Shown here: one piece after another, positions 39,095-52,200 of the stretch
Layout: each line of letters starts with the position of its first letter
Position numbering within the stretch: the stretch's first letter is position 1
Assembly (NCBI GenBank): GCA_951406725.2
Contig: OX597822.1
Location: 102,114,001 to 102,178,000, forward strand
Direction of reading: 5' to 3'
Length of the DNA: 64,000 nt
Source: Octopus vulgaris
Lineage: Eukaryota
The notes under the pieces: generated by a model
The model's input: the letters and a program-made list of their open reading frames with translations, nothing else
Databases searched by the model: none
Told to the model about the DNA's origin: nothing
Made by a program: the position numbers and the translations under genes

Positions 39095-39430
39095 TCTCAA
39101 TATATATAAACGGCAAAATGTCTGTGTGTGTGTCCTTTATACAAATCCACAATTTTTCAGTTAGAGGGCTCGCACTTTCTATGGTCGTTCAAAACCGTCC
39201 AAAGATGGTCGTGCATATCTTTACATTTCCCCAGTCATCCCGCAAAGCCATTAAAAAAATCAATAGAAGTGACCTTTTTGTGAATTTTCTATCCCAAACC
39301 CAATCAAAACGCCCGAAACTTGATACGCCAATTGAATGCCAGCTAGGTGTATGTGATTGGTCGGAGATTTGGACAGCTGTATATGCATGCACTAGCACTA
39401 TGACCCGGCGTTGCCGGGTCATAGTGCTAG
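39095..39430 (+). mobile_element. Non-autonomous Helitron
   Basis: a|TCtcaatatatataaacggcaaaatgtctgtg ... hairpin-CTAG|t. Confidence 0.8.
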
Positions 39431-39439
39431 TATTGTATA

Positions 39440-40290
39440 TTTGTGTGACCTGACCATCACCAAATAATGTTCTGACTTTGTTTTCTCTGTATTCTTCGGT
39501 TGTGCTTGCGAATGCATTCCAAGATTGCAGGGTAGGTGTACATACTTATTTCAGAAGCACCGATAAACTATTTAATTCGGAAAGGTTTTCAGCAAAAACA
39601 AAGACGTTCACCTTTCTAATAAGAAATGTACTGAATGCAGATGACTGTGACGTGGTAACCCATTCAATCAGAGACATGCAGCGCCTAATGCTTAAACTTG
39701 GTGAATCCCGTATGGCTTTTTTGACTTACTATAAGGTTAAATAAAACTGTTATGTTTCAATCAGCTTCCAACCCGTTCTATAAACCTGTGATTTTTATTC
39801 AAAATACAAAATTGAATGCTGTGGACAAATTTAAATACCTATTTCTTTACTACCCACAAGGGGCTACACACAGAGGGGACAAACAAGGACAGACAAACGG
39901 ATTAAGTCGATTATATCGACCCCGCTAAGCATTTCGTCCGACGTGCTAACGTTTCTGCCAGCTCGCTGCCTTCTGTGGACAAATTTAGATATCTTGGAAG
40001 GGTGTTGAATTGTGTTTGCTTATTAGATGAGGAAATAACCAACTGTCATCAAAAAGCATCTCAGGTTTCAAGAATCTTGAGGAGCGAGTTCGATCTAATA
40101 GAGATTCTACCGAAAACACAAAGGTTGCAGTGTACCGGGCATGCATGCTTTCATCCCTTCTTTACTCATGCGAGGTATGGTTAGTATATAGGAAGCACTT
40201 CATATTATTAGAGCGATTTCATTAGTGATGTTTGCGTTCTATACTAAAAATCAAATGAGTGTACAAACTATCAGATCTGTTGAATAATCT
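39440..40290 (+). pseudogene. RTE-BovB-like RT fragment interrupted by a SINE A piece
   Basis: LFSLYSSVVL..KLFNSERFSAKTKT..IRNVLNADDC; VDKFRYLG; SINE piece 39835-39972 with TSD ctgtggacaaattta. Confidence 0.85.
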
Positions 40291-41075
40291 CGCTCTATTT
40301 ATAATAAAACCTGCAGAAATAAATCTGGGTAGACTAGGAAAATAAAATGTTAAAGTCTGCAACAGTCTTCACAACTAAATCAAACGATTCCATGTTTTAT
40401 ATGTGGAAAAATTGTTTATCTCTTGCTGGGTCAGACTTGTTTCCTGTCACGTACCAATACAGACTATCTCTAACTGTCTGTAATTTTCTGAACTGTAAAT
40501 ATTTTACTCTATAAATTTTTCTTATTGATAGTTCTGAATCGAATTTATTTATCGATTTCAATAGGTAAATAATTTTTGGTTAACTTATTTTATTTATTTA
40601 TTTTTCTTTAAACATTTTATTCTGCATATAACAACAATTAAAGTGTAAATATCATTGAAGTCACTAAATTATGCTACGTTAATGGCTTTTCGTGTATTAC
40701 TCGAGTGGTTGTGTGTTGTTGTTGTTTTAACTAGTCTAGGTCTCATGTACATGTATCCTGTCAGTGTTGGTGTTGCAAAGTCATATTCGATTAACAAGTT
40801 GACAGCCATCACCCGATTGAGAACAATTGTACAAGAGCGTATTCGTAAATGCATAGGAATAAGGAGTTGTTTTTTTAAATTGAAATAGACTTCATATACG
40901 TTATAAACAAGGTGAGATTTACAACTTATAAAAATATATTCCAGGTCAGCTGCAATCAGATGAGAAATCATTATGAATATCAGAAAAACTAGAACTTTAT
41001 ATTCGGAAACTACAAAATAACTTTGCTCGTATGCAACAAAGTAAGTTACCCTATTATTTATAGTTAGATCCCTAT

Positions 41076-41283
41076 TATTTTCTAATCTAGGCACAAGGCC
41101 CTAAATTTTTGTTGAGGGGGCCAGTCGATTAGATCGACCCCAGTATGCAACTGGTACTTAATTTATCGAGCCCTAAAGGATGAAAGACAAATTCGACCTC
41201 GGCGGAATTTGAGCTCAGAACATAAAGACAGACGAAAAACTGCTATGCAATTCGTCCGGTGTGCTAACCTTTCTGCGAGCTCG
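41076..41283 (-). mobile_element. SINE family A
   Basis: Monomer with core and tRNA-like head. Confidence 0.85.
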
Positions 41284-41653
41284 TGGTTTAGTCGGATCCC
41301 TATTCGGAACACGTCGTAAACTGAGTCTAATAGAAACAGTTTGAAGTCAGTGAGTTTTGTCTGGTGGGACGGTATTAAGATCATCTGCTTCTTTTTTTTT
41401 AACACAATATATTCTCATCTTTTATTTAATTCTAGAGGCATTCAAATTCATGATACATTGTAAAAAAAAAATTCGTTACATGTATGTATGCACATATATA
41501 TAACTCACTATGACAGTAAACAAATTTGTCTTAGAAGCGTTGAGATGTATTGAAAGATACAGAAATAAAAATTTTTATTCTCAAACGCATGATAATGCTA
41601 ACAAAATAGCGTGAACAGGGTAAATTATCCATACATTGCAGAAAAATACGTTA

Positions 41654-41728
41654 GCGGCCAACCATGAGACTCGAACCCACATCCCTGTGAATACGCGTCG
41701 AGTGCTTTACCATTAAGATAAACTGCCC
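41654..41728 (-). pseudogene. tRNA-like sequence (pseudogene or repeat head)
   Basis: gggcagtttatcttaatggtaaagca..gtgggttcgagtctcat..ttggcc; A and B boxes present; anticodon arm defective. Confidence 0.65.
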
Positions 41729-41831
41729 AGTAACGAATTCTTCTGCAATTTTAGAACATATAAATTTAGCTTTATATATATGTATATATATCTGTGTATG
41801 TGTGTGTGTGTGTGTGTGTGTGTATGTATAT

Positions 41832-41895
<64 letters not shown>

Positions 41896-42670
41896 ATATG
41901 TATATATATACGTATGTATATATATGTATACGTATATAAAAATATTTTTATTTACTACCTTAAAAGCCGCACTCCATACTGACTTTGGGCTAGCTCCTGC
42001 AGAGGGCTAATTGGACCTGTGGCTCGAAACTAAGGACAGCTAAATAGCATGACTACAATACGATTATAATGACTGTATGCCTGGTGGTGTTTGATCAGAG
42101 GTTAAAGACAGATGGGTATTAATCTTGTAAGGCAATCATTCTATTGCTCCAGTCCCAAGTTGAATTCCAACTGTTGGTCAATTTGTCCCAAAGTTCTTAT
42201 CTCGGTGCAAAATTAACGAAGCTAATGTCATTTATCTTCCCTTGATTTTTGATGTCATATGACAAACGCCAACCAAGATGGTGAGAATCAGCCAAGCTTT
42301 ACCTGCTAGAAATAGCAACCCAAATTCTTTTAAATCAGATCTCAATGCTGGATTTCAAGAACCAAATGAAGGGCAAATTTCCAATCCCGGGACTGTCCTG
42401 ATTCCCAAAAGGTATAGGTCTATGTAAAGCTAGTGTAGACTGAGATACAGGAGTTCCAGACGGACAGACAGAATTTCACTTTTACTACTATAGATAAGTA
42501 TACATATATATGTATATCTATAGATACACTGTCATAACCATATATGTGTGCAGATATGACTGTGTTCGCGCGCGCATGTCAGTCTGTATGTGTATACACA
42601 CACACACACACATAATAATATGCTATCAGTAGTGAACATTTTGTTTGCATCTGCGTAAAAATGTAAGTGC

Positions 42671-42702
<32 letters not shown>

Positions 42703-42813
42703 ATGTGTGTGTGTGTGTGTGTGCGTGTGTAATGTATGTATGTAGGTAGGTATTTTGTGTCCATGTACGTATGCATATATATATGTGTGTGTATGTGTGT
42801 ATGTATATATATA

Positions 42814-43260
42814 TCTCTTATTATAAAAGGCAGATTTTATCTGCCTCCCTTTGTAACTTATAGAAATCTACAATATAGGATTTCTTCAATTACAATTTAC
42901 CTAGCATTTTTAAGAGTAGAATGCATCGGGTCATGCCAGGTCCAGTTTTTAAAATTTAAACTCCAATTAAGCAAAATTTACAGAAAACTCACATTCTGGT
43001 GTGTATGTCAAATGCTTTTCTTAGTCTGGTTTACAGCACACGCAAACGCACACACACAGTGTGCAACGAATAAAGTGAAACTAGATGTAATATTTGTTTC
43101 TGTCTATCACGCTGATAGATACATGAGTAAAATGTATGGCAAGCTAACAGATAAGAGTGAGTGAAAATGTTCTTGGAAGAGAGTAAATAGCGACACAGTG
43201 ATTTGAGGAAGACTAAACTGAAAGTATGAAACAGTGTTTATGTATAAACAGACGACACTT
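42814..43260 (+). mobile_element. Helitron-like family H2, 5' module
   Basis: a|TCtcttattataaaAGGCAGAttttaTCTGCCT 5' hairpin; further copies at 44023, 45776, 47488, 48995, 49417 and inverted near 53630. Confidence 0.7.
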
Positions 43261-43592
43261 ATATAAACCCTTTCGTTACCAAACCGCCCGAATTTACCTA
43301 TTCATTTTTAAATGAGAATATCAGAGTAAATCTCTTTAGTACATTCGTGAAAACACGTATTATGCTTCGTAAAAACTTCAAATACAGTTTTGTACAAAAA
43401 TCGAAGTGTAATTTTAATTCCGTGAATTATGGGAGATTTTTTTCCGAAATTTGTTCCTATTGTGTTTTCAAAATTTGTAATTCTGACAAAAAATGGATAC
43501 GAATTTCATTATATCAAGCAGCGAGTCAGAATTCGAAGGATTTTCTACTGAAGACCTTCATAAATCTAACTCTATGACTGAAAAAAAAAGCA

Positions 43593-43988
43593 TCTTTATA
43601 TAAGAGTGAAGTTGTGTATCTGTCTCCTACGATTTAGATTCCTAACTACTCCCACATTTTGCGGTGCAGTTTAACCAAAAGCGGGTATCTTATAGTCGTG
43701 ATTCATATCGAGCCCTTCTGGGTATTAGCGCGCGTCTACGATGAGTCTACGATTTAAAAAAAATTTACCATCATATTTTTCCATTTTAATGCATTTTTTT
43801 AGCTTTTATATAAGGGAAGTAACTCTCTAAAAATATCTACGATGTGTCAACGATTTAAAAAAAAATTTACCTTAATTTTTTTTCAATTTTTAATGCATTT
43901 TTTTGCTATTTTTTGGCTATAACTCTCTAAAAATGCTTATATAGTTATTTCCCTTACAAACCCGAGCAACGCCGGGCGACACTGCTAG
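43593..43988 (+). mobile_element. Non-autonomous Helitron family H1
   Basis: A|TC...cccgagcaacgccggg..CTAG|T; no TSD. Confidence 0.88.
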
Positions 43989-44022
43989 TATATATATATT
44001 TATGTATATGCATATATATATA

Positions 44023-44440
44023 TCTCTTATTATAAAAGGCAGATTTTATCTGCCTCCCTTTGGGAGTTATACAAATCTACAATATAGGATTTCTTCAATT
44101 ACAATTTACCTAGCAGTTTTGAGAGTACAATGCATCGCGTCATGCCAGGTCCACTTTTTAAAATTTAAACTCCAATTAAGCAAAATTTACAGAAAACTCA
44201 CATTCTGGTGTGTGTGTCAAATGCTTTTCTTAGTCTGGTTTACACCACACGCAAACGCACACACACAGTGGGCAACGAATAAAATGAAAGTAAATAGCGA
44301 CAGAGAGATTTGAGGAAGACTAAAGTGAAAGTATTCTGTCCATGACGCTGATAGATACATGAGTAAAATGTATGGGAAGCTAAGAGCTAAGAGTGAGTGA
44401 AAATGTTCTTGGAAGAGAGTAATTAGTAATAAAGTAAACA
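44023..44440 (+). mobile_element. Helitron-like H2 5' module
   Basis: Close match to 42814-43230 with shuffled sub-blocks. Confidence 0.7.
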
Positions 44441-44675
44441 TACACTCATACATACATACATACATACATACATACATACATACACACATACACACATACA
44501 TACATACATATACATACATACATACATATACATACATACATACACACACACACATACACACACACACAGTATTGAAGCTTGAGAACAATCAGATACATTT
44601 GCAACACATCTGTTGAAAATATTATTGTTCACACACATACATATACATATATACATACAGACAGACAGACAGATA

Positions 44676-44713
<38 letters not shown>

Positions 44714-44764
44714 ATCCAGCATGGCCACAACCTCAAGGCTGAAACATATAAAAGAATAACAGAA

Positions 44765-45128
44765 TATAAATGTGTGCAAAGTACAAGAAATATTAATGCA
44801 GTATATGGGGATTGGACAATAAGCGTAAGGCAGTGTCAATGGTGGTTCCAGAAATCCCGAGCCATAAACTACAGCCTAGAAGACGAGCCTCATCCTAAAA
44901 GATCTGTAGAACTCGACAAGGACATCCTGAAAACCCTGGTGGAACAAAATATCATCGTAACTGTTGAGGAACTAGCAGAGAAGCTTGGATTTGGTCATTC
45001 AACCATTCATTGACACCTGTGTGCTATCGGAAAAGTCAGCAAATTGGGTCAATGGGTTCCTCACGAACTTTCCGAGTCTAATTGCATGCAGAGAGTGAAT
45101 GTATGCTTTTCTTTGCTGTCATATCTCA
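44765..45128 (+). pseudogene. Mariner transposase N-terminal fragment
   Basis: NINAVYG..SVRQCQWWFQK..SLEDEP..ELAEKLG; GQWVPHEL motif. Confidence 0.88.
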
Positions 45129-45148
45129 CCACTACTGCGCTATGTATA

Positions 45149-45775
45149 TCTATATATATAAAACTGTAGTTGTGTGAGTGTCTGTCCCCTTCGATTTAGA
45201 TTCCTAACTACTCCCACATTTTGCGGTACAGTTTAACCAAATTCGGGTAGCTTATAGTCGTGATTCATATCGAGCCCGTCTGAATATTAGCGCGCGTCTA
45301 CGATGAGTCTACGATTTTAAAAATAATTTAACATCATTTTTTATTCCATTTTAATGCATAATTTTTCGTGTGTCGATGGCGGCGGAGTTGGCGTCCACGC
45401 TCACACCTGCACCTGTGGGGAAGGGAGTGTAAGGAAATCAACGTCGTAATGCGTTGTCAAGGAGACCAGTGTTCTTTTAGAACAACGACTTCATGGCTTG
45501 AAGACACCAAAACAGAAATAGCTAAGAAAGCGTCTACATGAGTCTACGATTTAAAAAAAATTTACCATCGTTTTTTTTTCCATTTTAATGCATTTTTTCG
45601 CTATTATATAAGGGAAGTAACTCTCTAAAAATGTCTACGATGAGTCAACGATTTTAAAAAAAATTTACCATCATATTTTTTCCATTTTTAATGCATTTTT
45701 TGGCTATAACTCTCTAAAAATGCTTATATAGTTATTTCCCTTACAAACCCGAGCAACGCCGGGCGATACTGCTAG
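45149..45775 (+). mobile_element. Non-autonomous Helitron H1, long variant
   Basis: A|TCtatatatataaaactg ... CTAG|T. Confidence 0.85.
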
Positions 45776-46334
45776 TCTTATTATAAAAGGCAGATTTTAT
45801 CTGCCTCCCTTTGTCAGTTATAGAAATCTACAATATAGGATTTCTTCAATTACAATTTACCTAGCATTTTTAAGAGTAGAATGCATCGGGTTTTGCCAGG
45901 TCCGGTTTTTAAAATTTCAACCCCAATTAAGCAAAATTTACAGAAAACTCACATTCTGGTGTGTATGTCAAATGCTTTTATTAATGTGGTTTACACCACA
46001 CGCAAACGCACACACACAGTGTGCAACGAATAAAATGAAAGTAATTGGAAGAGAGTAAATAGCGACAGAGTGATTTGAGGAAGACTAAACTGAAAGTATT
46101 TAAACCACTACTCAAAAAATAAAAAAACACAGCAAACAGAAACAAATAAATACATAACGATTTACTCCTCACACAATTTCTTCAATTAGAGTTTACCTAA
46201 GATTTTTCAAAGTACTCCATTCGGTCATGCCATAATATATTTCTTTCAATTTCACCCCCAATTAAGACAAAATTCGAGAAAACTCAATATTTTAACATTT
46301 CACTCTGAAAGCATTGATGTACATGTGTGCGTGC

Positions 46335-46381
<47 letters not shown>

Positions 46382-47469
46382 ATGGGTTGTGCGACACAGA
46401 AAGTGTGGTGTGTAAGTGAAGTGCTTTTGTTAGTGTGTGTAAAGAGACAGACAGAGTGAAAGACAGAAATAACTGAACTTTTTTTATTCACTTTTTGTAG
46501 TGAGTGACTGAGAGAGAAAAAGAGAGAGAGAGGTTATGTATGTATATATGTATGTATGGCTTCAGTGACACACACACACAAAAACACATACCTACGTACA
46601 CCTAAAGCATGCACACACACATACACAAGCGGAGCACGAACTTCAAAATTTTGGTAGTATTAATTTGCGAGCGTACTTTTAAGCGCGCGTAATTGAAAGT
46701 TTTCACTATGATATCATCACGTGCGAAAAAATTCGAAGGGTTTTGAACAATTGAGATACAGATGTCACGCCTGTATTGAAACCATTGCTAAGCTGCCGTA
46801 ATTGCTTAATTAAGACTTTGTTTAAATTGAAAGGGGCAAATATGTGACGAGGTTGAAAAATAATACCCCAGAAAAAAAATGTACTGCTGGTATTTATATA
46901 ATTCACAACTATTTTGCTACAATGTCATGAAAAAGAAAAAAATTTAGGTATGTAAATCGAATTCGCCACCCCCTTTTCCCCGTTCGCGTTTGTGTAAAAA
47001 AAATTATTATTTAAGTTTTAAAAATTATTTACTTTGTTCAAAAAATATTAATATTAATTAATTTTCAAGAATTATTTAATTTTATTCTGTAAAATAGTAA
47101 TTAATTCATTTATCTGTAAATCCGCGAGGTTATTACTCAGGCACCTAGAATGGTAACCTTCAACTAACACTATCTCCTCCGAGACCCTGCGGCGCAAGTT
47201 GACCAAAATTGAGAGTATGGTAGAAGAAGGGTTGCTCTTCCTTCCGTAGAACATAAAATTCAAATCGGACCATGTTAACACCAAAAATTATTTACATCAA
47301 AAAGATGCTTTTTTCTATGAAAATCCCTATTTTTTACGATTTTTTCACTGCTGTGTCGCCACTTTTCGGTGTATTTCGACCAGAAAAATGTTCACAAAAT
47401 TTTTACTTTTCAAAATTACAATTCCAGCGGGTCGAAACAAACCCGAGCAACGCCGAGCGATACTGCTAG
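45776..47469 (+). mobile_element. Full-length composite H2 Helitron
   Basis: H2 5' end immediately after the H1 CTAG; ends acccgagcaacgccgagcgatactgCTAG|T. Confidence 0.75.
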
Positions 47470-47487
47470 TACATATATAAATATAAA

Positions 47488-47812
47488 TCTCTTATTATAA
47501 AAGGCAGATTTTATCTGCCTCCCTTTGTATCTTATAGAAATCTACAATATAGGATTTCTTCAATTACAATTTACCTAGCATTTTTAAGAGTAGAATGCAT
47601 CGGGTCGTGCCAGGTCCACTTTTTAAATTTTCAACCCCAATTAAGCAAAATTTAGAGAAAACTCACATTGTGGTGTATATGTCAAATGTTTTTCTTAGTG
47701 TGGCTTACACCACACGCAAACGCACACACACACAAACGGAGCGAACTGTTTCACTGACGCTATCACCCTTCTCCTCCTTTGTCTTTGCAAGTTGGCAGCT
47801 ATTAAAGTGAAA
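47488..47812 (+). mobile_element. H2 5' module joined to the piggyBac remnant
   Basis: H2 head; junction at aaagtgaaa. Confidence 0.7.
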
Positions 47813-48576
47813 ACAGTGAATCCGACAGCGATTAAGAAAATGAATTGGTACCTGAATGGAGTGAAAATTTAAAAACTGTTTCTTTCGGTGATTTTTCTGA
47901 AGAAACTGCACCAAGCCACAGACTTTCCCAGAAGAGTAAAGCCTTAAACTATTTCTTTTTACTTTTTCGAATGAGCCCATTTGAAATCATTACGGTGGAA
48001 ACGAAACGGTACGCTAAACGTAAACAAAACGAAAGAAAGGATAGTTTGTTATTTCCCACAACCTTAAATGAAATTAAGGCCTATTTTGCCATAAATATTA
48101 TTATGGGTATCAGAAAGTTACCCAGAATAACAAATTCTATCGTAAAATTTTGTTGTATACCCAATTGAATATTAGCTAATAACCCATTTTTCTATAGCGA
48201 TGTTTGAACAAAATTTTAATAATTTTATATATTGTTGAATTTAACTGTATCTACCTGCAATTAGAGTCACTTTGTGACAAAAATTATAGTATAGAATTGG
48301 TTGAGGACATTTCATTAAATTATCTTCCAAAAATCACATTAATATATTGATAAATAAAAAAGTTATTGTTGTTTAATGAAACCAGACTAAATTTATGATT
48401 ACATTAGAAATTAATTGAAACACATAAGGGGTGTATTTTGGTCAGAAATATAGTAACAAAAGGGTTAAGAAAAACCAAAAAATATTTTATTCTTTACAAA
48501 TGTTGTATTCAAAATAACATTTTCTTTTAAGAATGTGTATATAACAAAGTATATGTATGTAACTACGTGACTTATA

Positions 48577-48972
48577 TCTTTATATATAAGAGTGAAGTTG
48601 TGTGTCTGTCTCCTACGATTTAGATTCCTAACTACTCCCACATTTTGCGGTGCAGTGTAACCAAAACCGGATATCTTATAGTCGTGAGTCATATCGAGCC
48701 CTTCTGGGTATTAGCGCGCGTCTACGATGAGTCTACGATTTAAAAAAATTTACCATCATATTTTTCCATTTTAATGCATTTTTTTCGCTATTATATAAGG
48801 GAAGTAACTCTCTAAAAATATCTACGATGTGTCAACGATTTAAAAAGAAATTTACCTTAATTTTATTTCAATTTTTAATGCATTTTTTCCTATTTTTTGG
48901 CTATAACTCTCTAAAAATGCTTATATAGTTATTTCCCTTACAAACCCGAGCAACGCCGGGCGATACTGCTAG
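48577..48972 (+). mobile_element. Non-autonomous Helitron H1
   Basis: Near-identical to 43593-43988; A|TC..CTAG|T. Confidence 0.88.
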
Positions 48973-49249
48973 TATATGTATATATGTATCTATATCTCTT
49001 ATGATAAAAGGCAGATTTTCTCTGCCTCCCGAACCGTTCGTTTTTTATACAATTCTACAATATAGAATTTCTTCAATTGGAATTTACCTATCATTTTTCC
49101 AAGTAGATTCCATTGGGTCATGGCATGTAAAGTTTTTTCAATTTCACCTCCAATTATGCAAAAATTCGAGAAAACTCAATATTTTACGATTTCCCTCTTT
49201 CGTGTCAAGTGCTTCACTCCTATCATTACCACTATACTTTCTCCTTTTT

Positions 49250-52200
49250 GGTTAAAATTTTCGGCAAAAATTTTCGAAAAATTGTTGGTGAAAATTTCTG
49301 TGTAAAATTTTCGGTGAAAATTTTCGAAAAATTATTGGTGAAAATTTCTGTGTAAAATTTTCGGTGAAAATTTTCGAAAAATCTTTGGGTAAAACTTTTG
49401 GTGAAAATTATCGGAGAAGGCAGATTTTCTCTGCCTCCCGAACCGTTCGTTTTTTATACAATTCTACAATATAGAATTTCTTCAATTAGAATTTAATTAT
49501 CATTTTTCCAAGTTGATTCCATTCGGTCATGGCATGTAAAGTTTTTTCAGTTTCACCTCCAATTATGCAAAAATTCGAGAAAACTTAATATTTTACGATT
49601 TCCCTCTTTCGTGTCAAGTGCTTCACTCCTATCATTACCACTACACTTTCTCCTCCTTTCTCTTTGCAAGTGTGCAACAATTAAAGTGAAAGTATTTATA
49701 TAAAAGGGATGAGCAATTAATACTGGTCATCCTTTTTGCTAGATGATCCGCTATCGTCTTATATGCTACACCAGTGGTTTTCAATTCATATTAATCAAAT
49801 TAATATTCAATTTTTCACCCTTATTATGTGTGTGTGTATTAGCAATTCGTATAAAATTGCATCAATGACTTGAACTTGAATAAGTGGTTTCACATGAATG
49901 GGGATACATTAAAAAGGTTTGTTGTTATTTTGGGGTAAAATTTTCGAAAAATTTTCGAAAAATTTTTGGGTAAAATTATCGGCAAGAGTTTTTGAAAATT
50001 TTTGGGTAACATTTTCGGTGAAAATTTTCGAAGAATTTTTGGCTAAAATTTTCGGTGAAAATTTTCAAAAAATTTTTGGGTAAAATTTTCGGCAAAAATT
50101 TTCGAAAATTTATTAGTGAAAATATTCGAAAAATTTTTGGGTAAAATTTTCGGCAAAAATTATCTGTGAAAATTTTCTAAAAATTTTTAGTAAAATTTTC
50201 GGCAAAAATTATCGGTGAAAATTTTCGAAAAATTTTTGGGTAAAATTTTCGGCAAAAATTATCTGAAAATTTTCGAAAAATTTTTGGGTAACATTTTCGG
50301 TGAAAATTTTCGAAAAATTTTTGGCTAAAATTTTCGGCAAAAATATTCGAAAACTTATTGGTGAAAATTCGTGTGTAAAATTTTCGGTGAAAATTTTCGA
50401 AAAATTTTTGGGTAAAATTTTTGGTAAAAATTTTCGAAAAATTGTTGAAAATTTTTGGGTAAAATTTTCAGGAAAATTTTCGAAAATTTTTGGGTAAAAT
50501 TTTTACCCAAAAATTATCGATGAAAATTTTCGAAAAATTATCGGCAAAAGTTTTTGAAAAATTTTTGGGTAACATTTGCGGTGAAAATTTTCGAAAAATT
50601 TTTGGGTAAAATTTTTGGTAAAAATTTTCGAAAAATTGTTGAAAATTTTTGGGTAAAATTTTCAGTGAAAATTTTCGAAAATTTTTGGGTAAAATTTTAC
50701 CCAAAAATTTTTTTTTAATTTTTGGGTAAAATTTTACCCAAAAATTATCGATGAAAATTTTCGAAAAATTTTTGGGTAAAATTATCGGCAAAAGTTTTGG
50801 GTAAAATTTTCAGTGAAAATTTTCGAAAATTTTTGGGTAAAATTTTACCCAAAAATTTTTTTTTAATTTTTGGGTAAAATTTTATCGATGAAAATTTTCG
50901 AAAAATTTTTAGGTAAAATTATCGGCAAAAGGTTTTGAAAAATTTTTGGGTAACATTTGCGGTGAAAATTTTCGAAAAATTTTTGGGTAAAATTTTCGGT
51001 GAAAATTTTCGAAAAATTTTTGGGTAAAATTTTCGGTGAAAATTTTCGAAAAATTTTTGGGTAAAATTTTCGGTGAAAATTTTCGAAAAATTTTTGGGTA
51101 AAATTTTCGGCAAAAATTTTGAAAAATTATTGGTGAAAATTTCTGTGTAAAATTTTCGGTGAAAATTTTCGATAAATTTTTGGGCAAAATTTTTGGGTAA
51201 AATTTTCGGCAAAATTATCGGTGAAAATTTTCGAAAAATTTTTGGGTAAAATTTTTGGTGGAAATTTTCGAAAAATTTGTGTAAAATTTTTTTTTAAAAA
51301 TTTTCGAAAAATTTTTGGGTAAAATGTTCGGCAAAAATTATCGGTGAAAATTTTCGAAAAATTTTTGGCTAAAATTTTCGGCAAAAATATTCGAAAAATT
51401 TTCGGTGAAAATTTTCGAAAAATTTTTGGGTAAAATTTTTGGTGAAAATTTTCGAAAAATTGTTGAAAATTTTTGGTTAAAATTTTCAGTGAAAATTTTC
51501 GAAAATTTTTGGGTAAAATTTTACCCAAAAATTATCGATGAAAATTTTCGAAAAATTTTTGGGTAAAATTATCTGCAAAAGTTTTTGAAAAATTTTTGGG
51601 TAACATTTTCGGTGAAAATTTTCGAAGAATTTTTGGGTAAAATTTTCGGTGAAAATTTTCGAAAAATTTTTGGGTAAAATTTTCGGTGAAAATTTTTGAA
51701 AAATTATTGGTGAAAATTTCTGTGTAATATTTATGGTGAAAATTTTTGGGTAACAATTTGGGTAAAATTTTCGGTGAAAATTTTCAGTGAAAATTTTCGA
51801 AAAATTTTTGGGTAAAATTTTCAGTAAAAATTTTCGAAAAATTATTGGTTAAAATTTTCGGTGAAAATTATCGGTGAAAATTTTCGAAAAATTTTTGGGT
51901 AAAATTTTCGGCAAAAATTTTCGAAAAATTATTGGTGAAAATTTCTGTGTAAAATTTACGGTGAAAATTTTTGGGTAACAATTTGGGTGAAAATTTTCGA
52001 AAAATTTTTGGGGAAAATTTTCGAAAAATTTTTGGGTAAAATTTTCGGTGAAAATTTTCAGTGAAAATTTTCGAAAAATTTTTCGGTAAAATTTTCAGTA
52101 AAAATTTTCGAAAAATTATTGGTTAAAATTTTCGGTGAAAATTATCGGTGAAAATTTTCGAAAAATTTTTGGGTAAAATTTTCGGCAAAAATTTTCGAAA

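Larger units (their letters stand above)
43268..48464 (+). mobile_element. Internally deleted piggyBac split by about 4.2 kb of insertions
   Basis: TIRs CCCTTTCGTTAC / GTAACAAAAGGG|TTAA; N-terminus MDTNFIISSSESEFEGFSTED at 43493; ORF 47845-48168 LNYFFLLF..ITVETKRYA..TTLNEIKAYFAINIIMGIRKLP (DDE_Tnp_1_7-like). Confidence 0.75.

Noticed and set aside
40655-41094. 141-aa and 77-aa ORFs in apparently unique DNA
   Set aside because: No recognisable domain or splice context; compatible with chance in AT-rich DNA
41654-41728. Functional tRNA-Thr(CGT)
   Set aside because: Anticodon stem mispaired, U33 absent and acceptor stem imperfect
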